DNA of 64,000 bases, taken from positions 996,145-1,060,144 of the forward strand of contig CP065002.1 in the NCBI GenBank assembly GCA_016700095.1. The letters are read 5' to 3'. The stretch is from Candidatus Woesebacteria bacterium (lineage in GTDB: Bacteria > Patescibacteriota > Microgenomatia > UBA8517). This document shows positions 57,291 to 64,000 of the stretch, piece after piece; positions within the stretch are counted from its first letter, which is position 1; each line of letters starts with the position of its first letter. The notes under the pieces are model-generated. The model ran no database searches. It was not told where the DNA came from and saw only the letters and a program-made list of their open reading frames with translations. The translations under genes and the position numbers were made by a program.

Positions 57291-59189
57291 TTATTGACAA
57301 CAAAGTTCAAAGGTCGAATTAACGTTACACGATTCATGATTTGGAAGACCACACCTTCCCGTTCTGGTTTTACCAAGATAACATACTAAACCAGCTCGGC
57401 AATCGGTCGTCTCTCGGCATAATCCATAACATGAACCAAAAGCAGGAGTGGCGGTGGGTGGTACCGGTGTCGCAGTTGGTGGTACTGGTGTCGCGGTGGG
57501 TGGTACTGGTGTTAGTGTTGGCGTAATTGACGGTGTTGGGAATACAGGTTGATCACCAAACACACATTCTCTAGCGCGCCACGCATTGTTGAACGATTCT
57601 ATTGAATAGGCAAACGATAAGGTTGCAACTTTGTTCAAAGCACTGACTCCGGTACTCGGATACACATCAATCTGATGTGTCGTCGATGTAACGTTATTAG
57701 CATGATACGAAGAACCATCTGTCGTGGGATAAAAAGCCATCCATTCATCATGTGTGGAATTATTGTATATTTGCACGGGAGGTACATAAATTGTTTTTTG
57801 TTCACCATCTATCATCAAAGAAAGAGTTCGTGGTTCAAAATTATGAGTAATTGCTTGAGGACTTGTTGGTCCATGAAATGCGAGTATTAAATGCTGACTT
57901 GCACCAGTTTGTAGCTGTGTATAAGTCGTGTTTTCGAGTGTTCCGTAATGTATCGTATTTGCCGACGTGGGTGGGATCGTGTTATTTGTCACTCCATAAA
58001 TTTCAATCTTAGCAAACAGTCCGGTAGGCCCGCCTGTATCAATTTCTGCATACGGAATATTTGCTTGCACATTTGTTACGGCATTGCTTACCGTAAGGCT
58101 TCTATGGCTTTCTGAATAAGGCAAATTGCAATACGGTACATTGTTTGTGATAGAAATCTGACTAGAACCGTTTACTGTTGCGTCTGTAATTGGAACAGTA
58201 TAAGGATTGATCAGTAAACTTCCACTTACCAAATTGTTGTTATATACAGTACCCACTGTTGCATTATCAGGAACCTTATACCACAGCTCAACCATATCGC
58301 CATCAATTTCCAAGGGACTAGTCGCTTGATTTGCCGTAATACCAAGAATTGGCGGAGTCAGAAAAGTTAGGTAGCAATTATGATTAGTTACTATACACGT
58401 ACTCTTTTTAATAAACCCCAAATAACTTAGTCTGGAGTCGGGATTTATCTGAAATTCGATATAACTAATAGTATCCTGTGGTGAAACAATATTTGATTTG
58501 AGTGGTACATAATCACCCGGCCTTGCTACTACATTTCCGTTTTTGACAAGCGTAAAGACGGTGCTTGTCGAAGTCGGAGAATTTAACACTAACTGCGGTT
58601 TAGTAGACGATTCTCGTGAATAATACGTATTTGTTCCCGTAACTAAGTTTTCAAGTAGAAAATATATCTTCACATTATCAACGCTATTTACCGTTTCGGT
58701 GACATTTATTTCCAAATATCCGTCAGACGATTTTTTCGAATTCGACATTTTTCCAATTAATTTTGTCGGATATGTGTCCAATACTTTCAAACTAACATCC
58801 GTCTCGCCTATCTCACCCATTAACAAATATACATTTACATCAGGAGTAACTGTTTTTTGTGGTTTTATTCTAAAAACAGCAGATTCATAGTTTCCATTTC
58901 CCGGGAAATCAAAACCAACAACTACCTTGGATTTTGCAGTTTTGGAAATTGAGGAAACAAGTGTTGTCGACTTATTCGGATCAATCTTTACTGCAGAACT
59001 ATATAAAGTCGTGTCAATTCTCGGGTAATAAATATTTACAGAAGAAGCCTTCGGTCTAAGCATACTCGGGCGAGATACAGCCCAAACCGATATGAAAAGT
59101 GAAAAAATTAATAGAAAGGGAGCAACCAGTTTTAAATACTTATTCTTTACTATCCATTCACCAGCAATAAACGCGTTTATACGCTTCAT
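57291..59189 (-). CDS. Large surface protein B: paralog of 54505..56856 with a (PTATPVP)n linker and a different Cys-rich C-terminal domain
   Basis: 632 aa. Its N-terminus (MKRINAFIAGEWIVKNKYLKLVAPFLLIFSLFISVW) matches that of protein A, and the body is alignable (KSKVV[IV]GFD...). C-terminus: AFGSCYGLCRETTDCRAGLVCY...CCQ. Confidence 0.6.
   Translation of the reverse strand: MKRINAFIAGEWIVKNKYLKLVAPFLLIFSLFISVWAVSRPSMLRPKASSVNIYYPRIDTTLYSSAVKIDPNKSTTLVSSISKTAKSKVVVGFDFPGNGNYESAVFRIKPQKTVTPDVNVYLLMGEIGETDVSLKVLDTYPTKLIGKMSNSKKSSDGYLEINVTETVNSVDNVKIYFLLENLVTGTNTYYSRESSTKPQLVLNSPTSTSTVFTLVKNGNVVARPGDYVPLKSNIVSPQDTISYIEFQINPDSRLSYLGFIKKSTCIVTNHNCYLTFLTPPILGITANQATSPLEIDGDMVELWYKVPDNATVGTVYNNNLVSGSLLINPYTVPITDATVNGSSQISITNNVPYCNLPYSESHRSLTVSNAVTNVQANIPYAEIDTGGPTGLFAKIEIYGVTNNTIPPTSANTIHYGTLENTTYTQLQTGASQHLILAFHGPTSPQAITHNFEPRTLSLMIDGEQKTIYVPPVQIYNNSTHDEWMAFYPTTDGSSYHANNVTSTTHQIDVYPSTGVSALNKVATLSFAYSIESFNNAWRARECVFGDQPVFPTPSITPTLTPVPPTATPVPPTATPVPPTATPAFGSCYGLCRETTDCRAGLVCYLGKTRTGRCGLPNHESCNVNSTFELCCQ
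57453..57525 (-). repeat. About 3 tandem copies of a 24-nt unit encoding the PTATPVPP linker
   Basis: Plus strand: ggtggtaccggtgtcgcagttggt repeated. Confidence 0.7.
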
Positions 59190-59392
59190 ATATTAATAAT
59201 GATTTGGTATCAAGCCAATGTCAATGACTCATTTTGAGCATAGTAATATGTCACTATCCAATATTTTTCATGCCTATCAGACAAAAGTTTATTTTCCGAC
59301 AAGGTACTTAATCTACGGCAATAAAACACGTGGCATTGAAATTAACAACTAAGTGTATTTAGTATTCAAGCTATGGATAAAAGTCTTATAAT

Positions 59393-60328
59393 ATGAGAAT
59401 GTCGCTGCAAACCACATCCTCGCCTGGAAAAATAATTCTCTCAGGAGAACATGCAGTCGTTTACGGACATCCGGCACTTTTAGCGGCGGTTAACAAAACA
59501 CTTAGTATCACCGCCTTGGACGATAGGTTGTTACATACAATATATAAAAGCATTGACAATTTACAAAGTACCGACAGCCTTCCTTATATTTTCAATCAGC
59601 AATTTATACATAAACATAAATTAACAATACAATCCAATATTCCGATCGGTTGCGGGATGGGGTCCTCCGCCGCCTACTCAACAGCTTTATCGATGCTTAT
59701 TTATAGTAGTGATAAACACGAAATAGAAGACAAAGTCGAACGACTTTCTTATCTTTTCGAAAAGCAAAAACATAATAACTCAAGCGGTGCCGACACCGCA
59801 GTATGTCAAAGGGGTGGTTTTTTGTGGTACAGAAAAGAGTCTGAAAATTTTAAAATATTTAAAAGCCTGACCCCCAATAGTTCATTTCCGAAGTTCTCAA
59901 TACTCAATACCGGTACACCCAAAGAATCAACCGGTGACATGGTAAATTTGGTTTCAGAAAAATATAAAATAAAAAAAAGCCAGACACATAAACTTCTAAA
60001 TAATATTGCCGATACAACAAAATGTTTCCTTGAATTTTTCTTGGGCAATAAAAAATATCAAATCAAGGAACTGATAAGAGAAAATGAAATATTACTTGAA
60101 AAACTTGGTGTTGTTTCTACGAGTACTGCTAGTTTAATTCGTCAAATCGAAAAAATTGGCGGTGTGGCAAAAATTTGCGGTGCGGGAGGATTTAAGGGAG
60201 ATTCGGGAATATTGCTTTGTTATCACACGGATTTAGAAATTATTAAAGAATTTGCACAAAGCCACAACATTAGTTTACTAAAGGGCATTAAACTCGGCAT
60301 GCCAGGAGCCCGCATAACAAACAATTAG
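59393..60328 (+). CDS. mvk: GHMP kinase, mevalonate-kinase-like
   Basis: N-terminal SPGKIILSGEHAVVYG and GHMP motif PIGCGMGSSAA. 311 aa. Confidence 0.6.
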   Translation: MRMSLQTTSSPGKIILSGEHAVVYGHPALLAAVNKTLSITALDDRLLHTIYKSIDNLQSTDSLPYIFNQQFIHKHKLTIQSNIPIGCGMGSSAAYSTALSMLIYSSDKHEIEDKVERLSYLFEKQKHNNSSGADTAVCQRGGFLWYRKESENFKIFKSLTPNSSFPKFSILNTGTPKESTGDMVNLVSEKYKIKKSQTHKLLNNIADTTKCFLEFFLGNKKYQIKELIRENEILLEKLGVVSTSTASLIRQIEKIGGVAKICGAGGFKGDSGILLCYHTDLEIIKEFAQSHNISLLKGIKLGMPGARITNN

Positions 60329-60421
60329 ATAAATATATATCTAATCATTTTCGTGGAAATAACAATACTATATTAATAATCCACCTTTATTCATGGTGTT
60401 AATTAAAGTAAAATACTATAC

Positions 60422-61159
60422 ATGGAATTGAAAGATAAAATCGTAGTTATTACTGGTTCCTCAAGTGGTATTGGGAGAACCACAGCTATCAGATTTGCTC
60501 AAGAAGGAGCAAGGGTTGTCGTTAATTACAATATCAATAAAAAAGGTGGAGAAGAAACACTTAGAGATGTGAAAAAATATTCTGAAGGTTTATTAATTCA
60601 AGCTGATGTTTCAAAACCAGACGATATAAAACGATTATTTCAAAAGATTGAAAAAAAGTATGGAACAGTTCATATTTTAATAAACAACGCTGCAATTCCT
60701 AACGACAAAGTGCCCTACCTCGAGGCGTCTTACGAAGATATTGTTGAACTAGTTCACACTGACTTAATCGGGCCTATGCTCTGCTCCCAAATTGCAATTG
60801 GGTATATGCAGAAGCAAGGATTTGGTAAGATCTTAAACACAAGCTCAATTAGAGGCGCTGAACACGGTGGCAGGTCAATAGTTTATGCAGCTTCAAAATC
60901 CGGTATAAATAGTTTTAGTAAAACACTGGCAAAAATGGTTTCTCCAATAATTCAAGTTAACGCAGTTGCTCCAGGTTTTGTCAAAACTAGAAATTACGAC
61001 AAAATGACCAAGGAACAAACGGATATGTTTATAGAACAAACTTATTTGAAAAGATGGGTAACGGAACATGAAATCGCCGATGCATTTGTGTTCCTTGCAA
61101 AAAATGATGCAATGACTGGGCAGGTCATTTATGTTGATGCAGGGTTTACTTTGAAATAG
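60422..61159 (+). CDS. Short-chain dehydrogenase/reductase (classical SDR)
   Basis: TGSSSGIG cofactor motif, NNAA, and a YAASK catalytic Tyr-Lys. Confidence 0.75.
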   Translation: MELKDKIVVITGSSSGIGRTTAIRFAQEGARVVVNYNINKKGGEETLRDVKKYSEGLLIQADVSKPDDIKRLFQKIEKKYGTVHILINNAAIPNDKVPYLEASYEDIVELVHTDLIGPMLCSQIAIGYMQKQGFGKILNTSSIRGAEHGGRSIVYAASKSGINSFSKTLAKMVSPIIQVNAVAPGFVKTRNYDKMTKEQTDMFIEQTYLKRWVTEHEIADAFVFLAKNDAMTGQVIYVDAGFTLK

Positions 61160-61160
61160 C

Positions 61161-61796
61161 ATGAAACTGTTTTTGGCGTCAGAAGCAAAACACCCCCAAA
61201 GCATTGAAAAAATGAACGAATTCATTGGTGGTTTTGAAGGAAAATCTATTGCCTATATTCCCACAGCCGCTAACGGTGAAAATCCATATGGAGAATGGGA
61301 GAAAGAAAGCTCAACTTGGAAATTAGTAAATACGTTAGGTGCAAAAGTAACGCCCGTCGTACTTGAAGATTACAAAGACAAAAGTGTTGTCGAAATATTA
61401 AAGGGCAAAGATATTATATGGTTTCACGGAGGTGCGTGTGGTTACCTCATGTATTGGATTAGAAGATGTGAACTAGATAAACATTTACCTAAATTATTAG
61501 AAGAAGGTAGCATGTATGTCGGATCAAGTGCGGGAAGCATGATTACAGCTTCAACATTAAAAGTAACCGAGTGGTATTTGGGAGAATCCGAACCCGGAGC
61601 TAGTATTTTCCCAGGCTTTGGTTTTGTTGATTTTGAGATCTATCCTCATTTTGAAGATGGCATGCTTCCTGAAATTAAAAAACATTGGAACGGGGGAAAA
61701 ATATGTTTACTGAAAAATGGAGAAGTAATTACTGTTGTTGATGGCAAAGTTACGATTCTGGGTGAAAAAAGATTTCTGGAAGGAGAAACAAAATGA
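61161..61796 (+). CDS. Peptidase S51 (dipeptidase E / cyanophycinase-like) family protein
   Basis: Class I GATase-like fold with the VGSSAGSMI Ser nucleophile motif and an upstream FHGG segment. Confidence 0.55.
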   Translation: MKLFLASEAKHPQSIEKMNEFIGGFEGKSIAYIPTAANGENPYGEWEKESSTWKLVNTLGAKVTPVVLEDYKDKSVVEILKGKDIIWFHGGACGYLMYWIRRCELDKHLPKLLEEGSMYVGSSAGSMITASTLKVTEWYLGESEPGASIFPGFGFVDFEIYPHFEDGMLPEIKKHWNGGKICLLKNGEVITVVDGKVTILGEKRFLEGETK

Positions 61797-62389
61797 AAAA
61801 TGCAATAATATTTCACGGAACTGGGTGTACACCTAAATCTTATTGGTTTCCAAAGACCAAAGAGCATTTAGAAAAATTAGGTTTCGATGTATGGGTTCCT
61901 CAACTTCCGGATGCAAATAACCCCGATATATCAAAATGGCTACCTATTGCGTTGAGTGGAAAATACACAAGAGACACTGTCGTTATTGGCCATTCAGCAG
62001 GTGGTCCTTTGGTGTTAAGTGTTCTGGAAAATATTGATGTTACTATTCATAAGGCAGTAATTGTTGCTGGATTTGCAAGAAAATTAAGGTACGATAAAGA
62101 ACATAAAACTAAACAACTAATATTACAGTCAAGGTACAATTGGAAGAAAATTAAATCCTCAGCAAAAGATATTATTTACATTAATTCAGATAACGATCCT
62201 TGGACCATTGACGATGAAGAGGGTTTGTATATGTGGAGAAAAACTGGAGGCACTCTTATACTTCGGTCTGATGAAGGGCATATGGGATCAGATAGATTTA
62301 AACAGCCTTATACCAGATTTCCATTAATTGAAAGGTTATTAGAGATTAAGTATACACGTTCATCAGTTGATGGATCAGACAAAAAATGA
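61793..62389 (+). CDS. Alpha/beta hydrolase (YdeN/RBBP9-like serine hydrolase)
   Basis: GHSAGG nucleophile elbow, a downstream Asp (NSDNDPW) and a His (DEGHM). 198 aa. Confidence 0.55.
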   Translation: MKNAIIFHGTGCTPKSYWFPKTKEHLEKLGFDVWVPQLPDANNPDISKWLPIALSGKYTRDTVVIGHSAGGPLVLSVLENIDVTIHKAVIVAGFARKLRYDKEHKTKQLILQSRYNWKKIKSSAKDIIYINSDNDPWTIDDEEGLYMWRKTGGTLILRSDEGHMGSDRFKQPYTRFPLIERLLEIKYTRSSVDGSDKK

Positions 62390-62937
62390 AAAATCATATC
62401 GAATTATTAGTTGTTGAAAAATTAACTGCTGATCAACAACGAGATGTTGCTTATTTACAAAAAATAGCATTTCCGGACGTAAGTGACGAGGAAGACGAGG
62501 AAGATTTTTATCATCATAAATCAGCGCATATACTAGCATATTTGGACGGTAAACTGGTTGGGTGGGCAGGTATACACGAAACAGAACAAATCTTTGAGGA
62601 AAAAAGGATTAAACTTGGAGGTTATGGAATCTGTACCCATCCTAATTATTGGGGGAAAGGAATAGCTGGAAAAGTTTCTCAAAAAGCAATGGACTATCTA
62701 ACAAACAAGAGGTGTGAAGTAGGATTTTTATCAGTCGATTTTAACAACGAAGTATCATTAAGACTTCACAAAAAACACGACTTCGTTATGTTGCATAGAA
62801 AGTTTTCTTGGACTAATTCTAAAGGCGAACTCAAGAAAGATACAGGAGGAATGATTGCCCCAATAAGTTCTCGGGAACTTTTTAAATACATACTTGAGGG
62901 TAAAGACACTCTTTATGTGGGTAATGGTTATTGGTAA
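62386..62937 (+). CDS. GNAT family N-acetyltransferase
   Basis: Motif A HPNYWGKGIAGKV. 183 aa. Confidence 0.6.
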   Translation: MKNHIELLVVEKLTADQQRDVAYLQKIAFPDVSDEEDEEDFYHHKSAHILAYLDGKLVGWAGIHETEQIFEEKRIKLGGYGICTHPNYWGKGIAGKVSQKAMDYLTNKRCEVGFLSVDFNNEVSLRLHKKHDFVMLHRKFSWTNSKGELKKDTGGMIAPISSRELFKYILEGKDTLYVGNGYW

Positions 62938-63192
62938 ATAAGATCTATTATATATATTTTAAGGAGACAAAATGAAAAATGCAATTGCAAAAAAAACGAT
63001 CACGATCAGTGGGGTCATTTAGAAAAAGCGATTAAGATAGCATATAAAGTCGGATGTGAGTTTTTGTTATTTAATGGCAATTTAATAGTTCCTCCCGACT
63101 TAACAGGGCAGAATAAATTAACGGTATTGCACCATTGTTATCCTAATACAAAAGACTTAAAATCCTAAAAAAGTTACACTTAAAATAAGTAT

Positions 63193-63777
63193 ATGGTTAT
63201 CCCCAAACCCAAATCAAAACAGCCGCTACCGAAAAACGCTTCGAGGGTTTTTAAGGGCGTAATATTTGATGTATATCAGTGGAAACAAAAAATGTTTGAC
63301 GGTTCAATTGAAACATACGAAAAATTAAAAAGACAAGATACGGTAATTGTTTTCCCTATCATGCATGACGGTAAAATTCTTTTAACCAAACAAGAACAAC
63401 CCGGTAAAAAACCGTTTATTGGCGCTACCGGCGGAAGAGTTGAAAAAGGGGAAGAAATTATCGATGCCGCCAAAAGAGAATTACTCGAAGAAAGCGGTTA
63501 CGAAGCCGATGAATATATTTTTTGGAAATCAGTACAACCAATTAGCAAAATTGAGTGGTCAGTTTATATCTTTATTGCTAGAAATTTAAAAAAAGTTGCA
63601 CCCCCCAAATTGGATTCGGGTGAAAAAATTGAACTGATGCCCGTTAATTTCGATGAATTTTTGGAAGTTGCACTTCAACCAAATTTTTATGAACAAGAAA
63701 TCTATCGCGACGCAGTGGAGGCAAAATTGGATGAAAGAAAAAAAGAAGAGCTTAAGAAGCTTTTTTGGGGGATGTAG
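63193..63777 (+). CDS. NUDIX hydrolase
   Basis: Nudix box GGRVEKGEEIIDAAKRELLEESG. Confidence 0.7.
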   Translation: MVIPKPKSKQPLPKNASRVFKGVIFDVYQWKQKMFDGSIETYEKLKRQDTVIVFPIMHDGKILLTKQEQPGKKPFIGATGGRVEKGEEIIDAAKRELLEESGYEADEYIFWKSVQPISKIEWSVYIFIARNLKKVAPPKLDSGEKIELMPVNFDEFLEVALQPNFYEQEIYRDAVEAKLDERKKEELKKLFWGM

Positions 63778-63813
63778 TAGGTATACTTGTTTAATGAATT
63801 AAAGTATATGTAC

Positions 63814-64000
63814 TTCAAGTATTATGTACATGAAACAACATAAAGTGCCTTTTATTGTAATTATGAATTTTACGCCGACTACTTTGATGAATTTCAGGAC
63901 TAAATATTTCCGTCAGAAGCCGTTCAACTTTGAAAAATCTTGCAAAACCGATAATTAATAAACTAATCCCCAGGAAAATAAGAGCAAATCCCCCAAAGTA
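63814..64000 (-). CDS. Partial C-terminal fragment of a membrane protein whose start lies beyond the window
   Basis: Minus-strand frame is open from position 64000 down to a TGA stop at 63816..63814 (...YFGGFALIFLGISLLIIGFARFF...). Confidence 0.25.

Noticed and set aside
1-64000. CRISPR arrays, rRNA or tRNA genes, transposases, integrases, phage structural genes
   Set aside because: No regularly spaced direct repeats, no rRNA-like GC-rich blocks, and no recognisable recombinase or capsid motifs were seen in any frame. tRNA absence is by eye only and should be confirmed with tRNAscan-SE.

Overview
This 64 kb window is low-GC (roughly mid-30s %) and gene-dense, with mostly short genes and no rRNA, tRNA, CRISPR array, transposase or integrase that I could recognise. 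Gene content points to a small-genome, probably fermentative bacterium with a Patescibacteria/CPR-like flavour; this is an inference from gene content, not from any search. The supporting genes are TsaB/TsaE, the FtsE-FtsX-M23 peptidase divisome module, an intact release factor 2 (so UGA is a stop), SecA, SerS, LysS, GreA, CarD, RarA, an alpha-glucan cluster (GT, GH57, GH15, ROK kinase), kbl-tdh, mevalonate kinase, and many small membrane or secreted hypotheticals. Respiratory genes are absent. Positions 1..19324 are almost entirely minus-strand. The most unusual items are: (1) two divergent paralogous double-AAA+ ClpB-like ATPases carrying a shared N-terminal membrane domain in place of the Clp N-domain; (2) a ~95-nt structured repeat present twice, 5.5 kb apart, with a compensatory base-pair change; (3) two paralogous large surface proteins with 24-nt tandem Pro/Thr repeats and a duplicated ~60-nt leader; (4) a ~190-nt stand-alone candidate sRNA with a consensus promoter and an intrinsic terminator; (5) a GC-richer GNAT-like/Cys-rich gene and an orphan Trp/Tyr-rich protein of unknown function. 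All functional calls come from motif recognition by eye. No database search was run.
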